Source of the DNA: a virus
Taxonomy: Duplodnaviria; Heunggongvirae; Uroviricota; Caudoviricetes
Virus record (IMG/VR): IMGVR_UViG_2778261341_000005
DNA length: 35,293 bases
Strand: one strand, 5' to 3'
Positions 25,973 to 34,300 of this stretch are shown here, in pieces (within the stretch, counting starts at the first letter, position 1; every line of letters begins with the position of its first letter). Position numbers and translations under genes: made by a program. The notes under the pieces were generated by a model. It was not told where the DNA came from and searched no databases. It saw nothing but the letters and a program-made list of their open reading frames with translations.

Positions 25973-28497
25973 TGTGGCGCCTCCGTATTCGGTGCGGGGG
26001 TGATATCAATGCGGCGGGTGCTGTCATTCCAGTACGCGGTGCGTCCGTCAGCCAGGCGAACGCGGGCACCGTGACGGACGGAAACGACGGCGCTTTCATG
26101 CAGATGCACGCCCAGCGCATTGAGCTCGCGGGTGATTTGTGCGGTGATGTGTGGTTCAGAGGTCAGAGCGACACTCACGCGAACGCCGCCAGCGGGCGCA
26201 CTGATGCCGCCGTTTTTCACGGTTTCCGTGTCAGGTGGCAGGTTTTTCAGCTGCCTGGTGAGTTGTTTTCGCTCTGTGGGGGTCAGTGACCTTAACCATT
26301 CACCCAAATCACCTTCCGGCAGGGTAAGTCGCTGCTCCCTGCGTCCGTCCGGCTGCCTTTCTGGCGGGTCGTTTATGGTCAGATTCTGGTCAGGGGGACA
26401 GTTATTGCCACGAGTCCAAGGTGCGGCAAAGCCGCACTCAACGTCAAAACCCTCGTCCGTGCGGTCTTCGTTTTCCGGCTTACGTCTGACCAGTTTCCAG
26501 GTGTCCGGGTGGGTGCATATGGTGTAGCGCTCCCCGAGTGACGGGGCGCGGACGCCGTAAATGCGTTGCGGGAATTCGCCGTAGTCGTTGGCCTCTTCGG
26601 CAGTTTCGTATGCGGTGCGGACCAGGTACGTGTTGCGGGGAATGAGCACACCACCCTGGCGGGTGATATATGTGGCAAAACATCCCACGTCGGCGGCGGC
26701 CAGTATGGCGTCAATGTCGTCATGGTCCAGACGCTGCGGGACAGCCGGGTTACGGGCCATCTGCCCGGCAAGGCGGCGGAGTTCTCGCCATACCTGGCGG
26801 GGAGGGATACCGAAGAACTGGAACTGGCGGATGCGGTGAAGGGCCGCCCAGCCGATGGCGTTCTCCACGGTTTCGGCCATGGTTTTGCCTGATTCCTTAT
26901 CGACGTAAGGTTTGCCGGTTTTCGGGTCATTCCCCATGAAGGCGCTGGCGTCCAGGTTCTTACCGATATAGGTCGCGATATAGCTCGCCGGTGTGCCTTT
27001 TGCCGGGTCGATTTTTTCGCATTTAAAACGCGGGGAGATATCATCACCCAGCTCTGCGCGGTCCTCCCTGATGGCGGCGTTGCGCATGATTTCAGTGATA
27101 CGGGCTTCGTTTTCCGGGCTGGTGAATACCAGCATGTGCCAGTGCGGTGTACCGTCGTGGTGGGGCTCCACGGTGCGCACGCCGTACCAGCCCAGCCCGG
27201 CCTTGTTGATGGCCCTGCGGACGGCGGCGAAAAAGCGGTAAACCAGATAATCACTGGCATCACGTACCGTTGCTCCGCAGTATTTCGGGTTCAGGCTGCC
27301 GTCATCGTTCACGCTGTGAAAACGGGAAGGGGCTGTGACGGTGACGAAAAACGCCAGGTCGCCGCGTGCTTCGGCGACCTGCTCCATTCCCCGGACGCAG
27401 GCCATCATCTCGTTACGGCGGTTACGCGGATTAGAGAGACCTGCCCAGTAGATATCCTCAAGGCTGAACCGTTCTCCCTCTTCGTTCTCGATGTCCCAGG
27501 CCTTCAGAAAATCGCGGGTGCGCTGGCGTTTTTCGCGCCAGTCCAGTAACGCTTCATGGCTGATATATACCGATGTCTTACGTGACACCAGACCTGCGGC
27601 GCGTAACAGCTCTTCACGCCAGATGTCCCGGAGGTGTCTTAACTGACTGTTCCACCATGTCGCACAGGAAAGGCGCATGACCGCACCCGGCACCTGTTCC
27701 GGGTCGGGGGCGGTGCGGCGGTCGGGTCTGATTTCCAGCGACGGCCAGCAGGGTGGCGTGATACCCAGTTTTAACGCCATGTGTGCCAGTGGCTGGTAGG
27801 TCAGTAACCAGGTGAACAGGTCATCGTCACCCCTGCCGGTCTTTTCGATGACCTCATCACATGCGCGCTCCAGTGCGGCGGAAAACGCGGTGGCGGTCAG
27901 GGTGGCAAGGCGCTGGATTTCGTCACGGCTCAGCTGCGGCAGCATAAGCAGTTCATCCAGCCGTTCGCGGGCGGCGGTGGCCTTAAAGGCCGGGGTGGCA
28001 AAGCGTTCATTCACACGGGCGATACGTTTCAGGCGGGCACGCAGCCCGTGACGAACGAAGTTATCCGCCGCGTATGCGCTGTTGTTCTTAAGCCCTTCCC
28101 GGCGTGCGCTCTCCTGTTTGCGGCTCAGGCGTGCCAGGTCCCGGATGAGCGGACCGGCAAGAAACGGCGGCAGGGCGCGCAGCTCTGCCATGGCTTCAGA
28201 TACCAGCGTGGGTGGATTTTCGCGTTTGTGCCGCGCCAGTTTTTCCAGCCTGATCCGACGCTCTTCGTCGTGGTGAAGATGCGAATTAATTCGCTTGCCT
28301 TCGTCTGTGTTTGTCAGGAAGTCGACGGTCTCTTCATCCAGTCTTGCATCAATGCGAATGTCTTCGTTGATGTAGCTCTGAATGGCCTGGCGCAATGCGG
28401 TTGGTTGCGCTCTGCCGAATGTTTCAGGATCGATAACCGGTAGCGGGGCGTTCCACGGGTACGCCAGTTGTGCGTTATGGTCGCTCATGCGTCGCAC
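25969..28497 (-). CDS. replication initiation protein A (HUH rolling-circle endonuclease, P2 gpA family)
   Basis: 842 aa; HUH motif (HHDGTPHWHMLVF) and twin-tyrosine motif (YIATYIGKN). Confidence 0.9.
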   Translation of the reverse strand: MRRMSDHNAQLAYPWNAPLPVIDPETFGRAQPTALRQAIQSYINEDIRIDARLDEETVDFLTNTDEGKRINSHLHHDEERRIRLEKLARHKRENPPTLVSEAMAELRALPPFLAGPLIRDLARLSRKQESARREGLKNNSAYAADNFVRHGLRARLKRIARVNERFATPAFKATAARERLDELLMLPQLSRDEIQRLATLTATAFSAALERACDEVIEKTGRGDDDLFTWLLTYQPLAHMALKLGITPPCWPSLEIRPDRRTAPDPEQVPGAVMRLSCATWWNSQLRHLRDIWREELLRAAGLVSRKTSVYISHEALLDWREKRQRTRDFLKAWDIENEEGERFSLEDIYWAGLSNPRNRRNEMMACVRGMEQVAEARGDLAFFVTVTAPSRFHSVNDDGSLNPKYCGATVRDASDYLVYRFFAAVRRAINKAGLGWYGVRTVEPHHDGTPHWHMLVFTSPENEARITEIMRNAAIREDRAELGDDISPRFKCEKIDPAKGTPASYIATYIGKNLDASAFMGNDPKTGKPYVDKESGKTMAETVENAIGWAALHRIRQFQFFGIPPRQVWRELRRLAGQMARNPAVPQRLDHDDIDAILAAADVGCFATYITRQGGVLIPRNTYLVRTAYETAEEANDYGEFPQRIYGVRAPSLGERYTICTHPDTWKLVRRKPENEDRTDEGFDVECGFAAPWTRGNNCPPDQNLTINDPPERQPDGRREQRLTLPEGDLGEWLRSLTPTERKQLTRQLKNLPPDTETVKNGGISAPAGGVRVSVALTSEPHITAQITRELNALGVHLHESAVVSVRHGARVRLADGRTAYWNDSTRRIDITPAPNTEAPQ

Positions 28498-28901
28498 TCC
28501 CCGGCAGTCGCCGCCTGAAACGCCGCGCGGTACAGCACGAGAAGGCGCTGGTATTCACCGATAAAGTCTTCTGCGGTGTATATGCCTTTCACGGCCACGC
28601 TGTGGTTTGTCATTTCCAGAACAAGCGTCATCTCTGACGACGACCAGCTGATGGCGGTGCTGTCGGTTCCGTTGATGTGAAATAAACCAAAACCATCACC
28701 ATCACCTTTCACGTCCACGCGGTAACGGTCGTCAACGGTGAAGGAGAAATCCCCGTATGTGGTGACGCGTCTGGCGGCCCGTTTACAGGCGCGGCGGTAA
28801 TAGTCGTGCCAGTCGTTCAGGCGGGAAGCCAGCCGGGGATCCACTGCCCACATCCAGTTAAAAAAATCCTGAATATCTGAAAGTCCCTTAACGCTCTTCA
28901 T
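28485..28901 (-). CDS. hypothetical early protein (138 aa)
   Basis: Overlaps the start of A by 13 nt; no motif. Confidence 0.45.
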   Translation of the reverse strand: MKSVKGLSDIQDFFNWMWAVDPRLASRLNDWHDYYRRACKRAARRVTTYGDFSFTVDDRYRVDVKGDGDGFGLFHINGTDSTAISWSSSEMTLVLEMTNHSVAVKGIYTAEDFIGEYQRLLVLYRAAFQAATAGECDA

Positions 28902-28969
28902 GAGAACCTCCGGTAACAGACGTGCGGAAGCCTCCCGCGCACGGGTGCGGGATGGCTTCAGGATGTTGT

Positions 28970-29197
28970 TTAGTGGTGGTGTTGCTGGTTGATGAGGCTT
29001 TGCAGTTCTGCCATATCTTCGGCGAGATAGCTGAAGACAGCAGCGCAGTAACGGTTTGATAGCGCGTGCGTGCGCTCATGCAGCATGTTGATATGCATGA
29101 TTTGCGCGACGCGTGATGCGCGCCAGAGTCTGCGGTTGATTTCAGTGCGGATGTGAAGACGCTCAGCGCGGGCGCGCTGTTGCCTGCGGTTTGCCAT
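28970..29197 (-). CDS. hypothetical early protein (75 aa, basic)
   Basis: Preferred over the overlapping 206-aa ORF 28888..29508, whose product is low-complexity S/T/R-rich. Confidence 0.4.
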   Translation of the reverse strand: MANRRQQRARAERLHIRTEINRRLWRASRVAQIMHINMLHERTHALSNRYCAAVFSYLAEDMAELQSLINQQHHH

Positions 29198-29376
29198 GGT
29201 GTTTGGCCTCTTGTAGTAAGTTCTGAAAACTCACCATCCAGAGCTGCGAAACAGTGGGTGGCGAGACGTACGAGGTTCGCAGTACCGGCTACAAGAGATC
29301 CCGGCCCGACCGAAGTCGGCCCCGTACGCCCCGCCATAATTCTGACGCGAAAAAGACGTGGCGATACAGTACGCAC

Positions 29377-29397
29377 AAAAAAACCGCTGGCGCGGTT
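29377..29397 (-). terminator. intrinsic terminator inside the early region (putative)
   Basis: Plus strand aaaaaaa + accgctggcgcggt: read on the minus strand a GC hairpin followed by T7. Confidence 0.4.
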
Positions 29398-29519
29398 GTG
29401 CGCTCTTGTAGTCGGCAGGCTGCGAAACCCGGCACCCGTTTTATGAGGTGCAGCGGGAATGTAACCTGACTGATTGCGGCATGGCAAGCGGTTTTTTTGT
29501 GTGTGCATGTTCTGGTTTC

Positions 29520-29819
29520 TTACTGGTTCAGAAAAAAATCAAAAACCTTGTCAATGCGTTGCAGTAGCTCTTGCTGTATTGCTTCCGGCGTTTCCGGTTC
29601 ACCTGGCGCCTCCAACGTCGCGCAGAAATCAGCGATTTCATGATGGAGCGCCAGGCGAATGGCAGGAGCCGTGGTTCTGGCGTGCTCCAGCTCATCCAGC
29701 AGTGCCAGCACAGCAGACGGCGAGAGCATTGCGCGAAATGCCAGTAATTTTTGAGGCGTTGCCATTCGTTGCAGGGCAAATGCCAGTTCGCGTAGCTTCT
29801 GGTGGTTGATGGTGCTCAT
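29520..29819 (-). CDS. hypothetical early protein (99 aa), paralogue of 30108..30359
   Basis: Shares ADFCATLEAPGEPETPEAIQQELLQRIDKVFDF with DDFTATLSGPGAPVTPGEIHRDLKRRIENAIDY of the neighbouring gene. Confidence 0.45.
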   Translation of the reverse strand: MSTINHQKLRELAFALQRMATPQKLLAFRAMLSPSAVLALLDELEHARTTAPAIRLALHHEIADFCATLEAPGEPETPEAIQQELLQRIDKVFDFFLNQ

Positions 29820-30082
29820 GCTCTGGCTTCCTTCAGTAGCTGGTTAAACATGTGAGTAAGTGGATTGCTACACCCGAACGGCATCGGGTTTACGTGGTAA
29901 GAAGCCCGGCCTCCTGTTTTGCGAGCGCGACCACCTGTGCTGCGGTTTGTTCTGATGACTAAGCCACCGCGCCAGAGTCGGCGTAACTCAGCATTAATGG
30001 CTGTGGTCTGGGTATTCAGTGCCGTGGCGATTTCACTTCCGCTGCACCCCGGATTGGCTGCGATGTAGTCCAGAATGGTCAT
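29816..30082 (-). CDS. small winged-helix-like DNA-binding protein (88 aa), putative
   Basis: LDYIAANPGCSGSEIATALN ... LRRLWRGGLV pattern typical of wHTH regulators. Confidence 0.4.
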   Translation of the reverse strand: MTILDYIAANPGCSGSEIATALNTQTTAINAELRRLWRGGLVIRTNRSTGGRARKTGGRASYHVNPMPFGCSNPLTHMFNQLLKEARA

Positions 30083-30107
30083 CGTGAGATCTCCTTTGCA
30101 GTTCCGG

Positions 30108-30359
30108 TTATTCAGTCGGGTTCAGGGTGTAATCAATGGCGTTTTCAATACGGCGTTTAAGGTCCCGGTGGATCTCACCTGGTGTTACTGGTGCGCCCGG
30201 ACCGCTCAGCGTTGCCGTGAAGTCGTCGATTTCCTCCAGTAACAGATTGCGGAGTACGGCGATGTGGTGGCGTGCGTCTTTACCGGGTTTACGTGCGTTG
30301 GTGGTGTACTTGCTGATCATGGCCGCAGCTCTCCGTGGGCTTGTGTTTCTGATTTCCAT
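30108..30359 (-). CDS. hypothetical early protein (83 aa), paralogue of 29520..29819
   Basis: See paralogue. Confidence 0.45.
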   Translation of the reverse strand: MEIRNTSPRRAAAMISKYTTNARKPGKDARHHIAVLRNLLLEEIDDFTATLSGPGAPVTPGEIHRDLKRRIENAIDYTLNPTE

Positions 30360-30574
30360 GCCCCTCTGATGGCCGTTACTTCGCGAACGGTACTGGCAAT
30401 CGCGGTGATTTGTGTTCCGTCAGCCAGATGGATGTAGAGATAATCAGCGTCTGACGGGCACGGCGTGGTCGTTGTGATCAAATGACTTTCCACCATGAAC
30501 TCGTGGCCCACGGCATCGGTGAAACGCGTCAGCATGGTGGCGGTAAATATGCTGTTCATCGACCTGCCCCTCAC
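30317..30574 (-). CDS. hypothetical early protein (about 80-85 aa)
   Basis: ORF in operon context; start uncertain. Confidence 0.35.
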   Translation of the reverse strand: MRGRSMNSIFTATMLTRFTDAVGHEFMVESHLITTTTPCPSDADYLYIHLADGTQITAIASTVREVTAIRGAWKSETQAHGELRP

Positions 30575-30849
30575 GCTGAAAACTGGCCGGACTGTGTCCG
30601 GAGTTCTGCCAGTTCGCGCTCGAGGCGCAGGTTTTTCATATAGAGTTCACTGATGGTCTGTTTTGCTGTCACCATTGCCATGCTTTGCATTTGCAGGGCC
30701 ATGTAGGTGGCAAAATGCTTGTCTTTATCTATTTCTGATATTCTTTCATCCAGTACATTGGTTATTTCAGTCAGCGTTTTTTGCGTAAATTCAATATGCG
30801 CCGGGTCGGTAAATAGTTTGTTTATTTCTGTAGGTGTATTGATGCTCAT
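30571..30849 (-). CDS. hypothetical early protein (92 aa, coiled-coil-like)
   Basis: ORF in operon context; no motif. Confidence 0.4.
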   Translation of the reverse strand: MSINTPTEINKLFTDPAHIEFTQKTLTEITNVLDERISEIDKDKHFATYMALQMQSMAMVTAKQTISELYMKNLRLERELAELRTQSGQFSA

Positions 30850-30928
30850 AGCTGTTTCTCCGTTTCTGGATTGAGTGAAGCCCTCCGCAGATGCGGATGG
30901 TTTTAATGTTTTCTGTCCGGTTGGTTAT

Positions 30929-31054
30929 TTATTTACGGCGTTCTTCGCCAGTAAATAAAGATTCGATATTTTTCAGCGCTTCGATAATTCGCATAATGCC
31001 AATCGCCATAAGCACGGAAATAATCAGAATCACCCATGAAAGAAATACGCTCAT
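30929..31054 (-). CDS. small membrane peptide (41 aa), putative
   Basis: ATG overlaps the TGA of the upstream gene (ATGA); product MSVFLSWVILIISVLMAIGIMRIIEALKNIESLFTGEERRK (one TM helix plus charged tail); below track threshold. Confidence 0.35.
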   Translation of the reverse strand: MSVFLSWVILIISVLMAIGIMRIIEALKNIESLFTGEERRK

Positions 31055-31293
31055 GCTGCATTCCCAAGTGCGTATGGCTCAATATGTACTCCGCATTCTG
31101 CATCACGAACAAGCTCAGACAGCTCATTGAGAGCATCCAGATCGTCAGCGTAAAAAGCTGCATCATACAGGCTGCGAATTGCTCTGGTCAGTGAGTCTCT
31201 TGCTGCATGTTCTGCGGCAACTCCTGACATACTCAGGCGAAAGTTAAAGCGCTCAAGGGCTTTATTGATGAGAACCTTATATTCTTTGTCCAT
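31051..31293 (-). CDS. hypothetical early protein (80 aa)
   Basis: ORF in operon context. Confidence 0.4.
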   Translation of the reverse strand: MDKEYKVLINKALERFNFRLSMSGVAAEHAARDSLTRAIRSLYDAAFYADDLDALNELSELVRDAECGVHIEPYALGNAA

Positions 31294-31313
31294 TGTATTT
31301 CCCCGGAAAACAA

Positions 31314-31568
31314 TTAAACAAAATCGCTTAATGATTTACCTGATTCAATCTTCTCTATCGTGTCTTCAATAGCCATGTATGCGGCGTAATCGCCTGCGAG
31401 GTCGGCGCATTTCTGTAGCCCCTGTAATGCGCTGATGATATCTTCTTTTGCTTCCCATAAAGGTTTTGCTGTATTTAGTGCATTACGGGCATTATTAGCT
31501 ATGAGCCGGTGTATGATAATTGTGTAGGCTGATGCTATCTCTGCCATGTCTTTTGTCGTTGTTGCCAT
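31314..31568 (-). CDS. hypothetical early protein (84 aa)
   Basis: ORF in operon context. Confidence 0.4.
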   Translation of the reverse strand: MATTTKDMAEIASAYTIIIHRLIANNARNALNTAKPLWEAKEDIISALQGLQKCADLAGDYAAYMAIEDTIEKIESGKSLSDFV

Positions 31569-31571
31569 GTA

Positions 31572-31907
31572 TTAATTCCCCCATGGATGCTGAAAACTGC
31601 GACCGCTGATTAACCGGTCTGCCGTTCTTAATGCTTCGTGCAGGGTGAAATCCTGCCCGAACTGCTCATCTCCGCGAGTCAGGGAGTAACAGGTATTTCC
31701 GGTAATCGGGTTGCGTGCGCCTCTGTGTATGACAATTCCGGCATCATTAATCAGCCAGGTGTGTTTACCGGTTTGTTTAACCAGATGCCCGTCAGGTGTG
31801 GCGTGCGTTTCCTGCAGGCTGTAGTGCGAGTTGCTGCGTGATGCGCTGGTTGAGAAACGGTTAGCGTGGCGTTCTGTTCCGGTGCGGAAGCTGCGTCTCT
31901 GTGTCAT
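31572..31907 (-). CDS. hypothetical early protein (111 aa), first gene after the 31908-32015 promoter/operator region
   Basis: Upstream intergenic region carries palindrome ccacgc-ccggc-gcgtgg. Confidence 0.4.
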   Translation of the reverse strand: MTQRRSFRTGTERHANRFSTSASRSNSHYSLQETHATPDGHLVKQTGKHTWLINDAGIVIHRGARNPITGNTCYSLTRGDEQFGQDFTLHEALRTADRLISGRSFQHPWGN

Positions 31908-32015
31908 ATCGGAAAACCCCGTTTAAGTTAAATGAAAATCAGTGCCGGGATGTTTAACCACGCCCGGCGCGTGGTATTCTGGTGTTTCCACACAACCAGA
32001 AAAAAGGTAACTAAC

Positions 32016-32339
32016 ATGATTGATAAAAGCGTTAAGGACGCTATCACTGAATACCTGGTTAGCATTTACACAACTAATCTTGCTGTGGCTCCTGTTGATA
32101 AGTTGACCGACCCAAGAGACTCAGTGGGAGTGGTGTCCGATCTGCTTATTTCGCTCCTCATTAGCGAACTTCCCGATGATAAAAGGGATGCATTGATGAA
32201 AACTGCGTCAGAAATTTTGCGTCAGATAGAGGGGCAACAAGCCTTTGCTCCCTATGCCGTGAATATAAGGACACGCTTTCATAGTATTAATCATCTTGCG
32301 TGCTTTATTCGCGCCTCTAAAGACAAACCAGATCTCTGA
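32016..32339 (+). CDS. hypothetical protein (107 aa), AT-rich cargo cassette
   Basis: Start placed at ATG 32016; convergent with and overlapping the 3' end of the 172-aa gene; no motif. Confidence 0.4.
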   Translation: MIDKSVKDAITEYLVSIYTTNLAVAPVDKLTDPRDSVGVVSDLLISLLISELPDDKRDALMKTASEILRQIEGQQAFAPYAVNIRTRFHSINHLACFIRASKDKPDL

Positions 32340-32835
32340 CTTGTTCAACAATATATTTTTCCACCCCTTCTTTGACTGGCAGGTTCCGGTCAAGGGAGGG
32401 GAAAAGAATCAATGGTTTTTGTAAAAATCCCATTAACGTCGATAAAAACTCAATTTTCACATTGAAGCCTTCTGATTTTCGTCGCATTATTTCGCGTTGT
32501 ACGATTGGCCACATGTAGTCCAGGTTAATTTCCTTTAGCTCCGCAACATAATTAAGGTATGCCTCGCACCCCTGAATGCTTACAGGTCTAAAAGAAATAT
32601 CCAGATAATTATCAGGAATAATCGTACTGGTTGAATAAATAATTCCACCCACAACCCTATCTTTGTGCTTTATTGCTCTGACAAAAAATGTTTTGCCTTC
32701 TAAATCCCTTTCTGTTGCCAGCCAGGGGTCTCCTGTTATCAGGCAATCCTCATCAATGGCGATTACTTCGCCAGCCTTACTCCCGTGTTCGCTGTATTTC
32801 TTATGCATACCTTCTTCTTCTGGTGTAATCGTCAT
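32317..32835 (-). CDS. hypothetical protein (172 aa), AT-rich cargo cassette
   Basis: Visibly AT-rich coding sequence relative to flanking phage genes; no motif recognised. Confidence 0.5.
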   Translation of the reverse strand: MTITPEEEGMHKKYSEHGSKAGEVIAIDEDCLITGDPWLATERDLEGKTFFVRAIKHKDRVVGGIIYSTSTIIPDNYLDISFRPVSIQGCEAYLNYVAELKEINLDYMWPIVQREIMRRKSEGFNVKIEFLSTLMGFLQKPLILFPSLDRNLPVKEGVEKYIVEQVRDLVCL

Positions 32836-32855
32836 ATATCCTCCTTCGTGCCGGG

Positions 32856-33251
32856 TTATTCCGTCGTTTTGCTTTTGTAAATAGTGGTTTTATTAAGTGC
32901 CATTTCTCCGAATATATCCACAGCCTGATCAACGGGCAGATTAATCATTATTCCACGGGTTGCGTATAGCATTATTCCGATGCATCCATTTTCTCTACTT
33001 TCGCAAAAGTGCCCGAACTCTGCTTCTGGTTTAAGTATCAGGTCATCAATGTTTTCATTCGCTTTTAGCTTTGAACAAAAGTTAATTAATCCTTCAAGCT
33101 CTTTGTGTAACTCGCTATAGGTTGTTGTGATTGTTATTTTCGGTGAGCCTTCCAGATGCATCAGTATCGTGGCGTCCTTGTGTTCCTCTTTCAGGAGGCT
33201 TAACTGCTTAAGGACGGTTGCGGTTTTTTCTGATTTATTTTTGCCGCTCAT
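32856..33251 (-). CDS. hypothetical protein (131 aa), AT-rich cargo cassette
   Basis: Visibly AT-rich; lies directly downstream of the Cox-like gene; no motif recognised. Confidence 0.5.
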   Translation of the reverse strand: MSGKNKSEKTATVLKQLSLLKEEHKDATILMHLEGSPKITITTTYSELHKELEGLINFCSKLKANENIDDLILKPEAEFGHFCESRENGCIGIMLYATRGIMINLPVDQAVDIFGEMALNKTTIYKSKTTE

Positions 33252-33257
33252 CGATCA

Positions 33258-33782
33258 TCACCGTTCGTTTACATCCTGGCTCTGTTCCAGCTTTGACTTT
33301 CTGCCTTTGTAAACCCGTTTTCCATTGACGGTCTGGCAATCTTCCTTATCAGCCGGGGTAAACTTTCTTTTCTGGCGGTCGTATGTCCAGTAGCTTTTCC
33401 AGTTGTGCCATTCTGGTGGCTCGCATTCCGGGAGTTCGTCGGCCAGCTTGTCCCACTCTCTGACGTTAAACCACCAAACACCATCCGAATTCTCATCTTC
33501 AGGGTTTGAGCGGGTTTTATGCCCTGGCATCTGGTTACGCTGAAGAGCTGCGCGTAATGCTGTTTTTGTTAATCCGATGTAGGCGGCCCCTTTTTCAAGT
33601 GAGCAAAGCCCGGCTATTGGGCCATCTAGCCGCAGGGTTGCCCCTTTTTTATATGTGCGCTGTGGCTTTTGTTCGTCGTTGTTATCTGTTGCTTCTTGTT
33701 GACTGGTATCGGCGTTGATGTACGCCGCTCCAGTTGTGTGATCGGTGTCAGATAACTCTTTATCGGCAATGAAGTCCCGCAT
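33258..33782 (-). CDS. Cox/Apl-like excisionase-regulator (HTH), extended form; true start uncertain
   Basis: Core ATLRLDGPIAGLCSLEKGAAYIGLTKTALRAALQRNQMPG ... DGVWWFNVREWD aligns with P2 Cox (VTLMTDAIPYQEFAKLIGKSTGAVRRMIDKGKLP ... EYWVYLPAWN); divergent from the C repressor gene. Confidence 0.5.
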   Translation of the reverse strand: MRDFIADKELSDTDHTTGAAYINADTSQQEATDNNDEQKPQRTYKKGATLRLDGPIAGLCSLEKGAAYIGLTKTALRAALQRNQMPGHKTRSNPEDENSDGVWWFNVREWDKLADELPECEPPEWHNWKSYWTYDRQKRKFTPADKEDCQTVNGKRVYKGRKSKLEQSQDVNER

Positions 33783-33883
33783 TTGTTATCCTCTCGCACA
33801 GGTGCGCCTATTGCACCTTATGAAGGTTTGTTTTGGTTTGTTTAATGTCGAAATTACGACACTTTTGCGAGGATTTTAGTGGT
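33783..33883. promoter_or_regulatory. immunity switch region between cox-like and C genes (putative early and repressor promoters/operators)
   Basis: Position between divergent Cox-like and C genes; contains GCAC-N2-GTGC and a further TTGCACC repeat. Confidence 0.4.
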
Positions 33884-34231
33884 ATGAATTCGACACTGTC
33901 AATAAGTATCGGTGAAAAAATCTTGATGATCCGGAAAAGTGAGAGGCTTACAAGGAAGCAATTCTTTGAGCTTACAGGGATTCCTGTTAATACGCAGAGG
34001 TATTACGAAACGGGAAGGCAAGATGGAATCGGAAGTGAGATCTTATTAAAGATCACAAAAAATTTACGTTTTAAAAAATATGCACTTTGGTTAACAACTG
34101 ATGAAACGTTTGAAGCTGGGGGTCAAATTGCCCCGGCTCTCTCTCTTGATGGATCTTCTCAGTCGGAGGGCGATCTGGCTTCAATCGACGTTACCCAAAA
34201 ATCATCCCGATCAGGCCGCAATGCTGGCTGA
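33884..34231 (+). CDS. immunity repressor (P2 C-type, HTH)
   Basis: From ATG 33884 (GAGGA Shine-Dalgarno): MNSTLSISIGEKILMIRKSERLTRKQFFELTGIPVNTQRYYETGRQ ... GGQIAPALSLDG closely parallels P2 C (EKIVLMRKSEYLSRQQLADLTGVP...YYESGR...SGQIAPALAHFG). Confidence 0.8.
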   Translation: MNSTLSISIGEKILMIRKSERLTRKQFFELTGIPVNTQRYYETGRQDGIGSEILLKITKNLRFKKYALWLTTDETFEAGGQIAPALSLDGSSQSEGDLASIDVTQKSSRSGRNAG

Positions 34232-34300
34232 CGTTACACATCGAGCGGGTTTCATCCCGCAGGGAGTGTTTGGTTAATTTATCCGTTGGAGGGGCTAATC

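Noticed and set aside
28888-29508. 206-aa minus-strand ORF
   Set aside because: Low-complexity S/T/R/G-rich product spanning a region full of hairpins and a terminator; overlaps the better-supported 75-aa gene in another frame.
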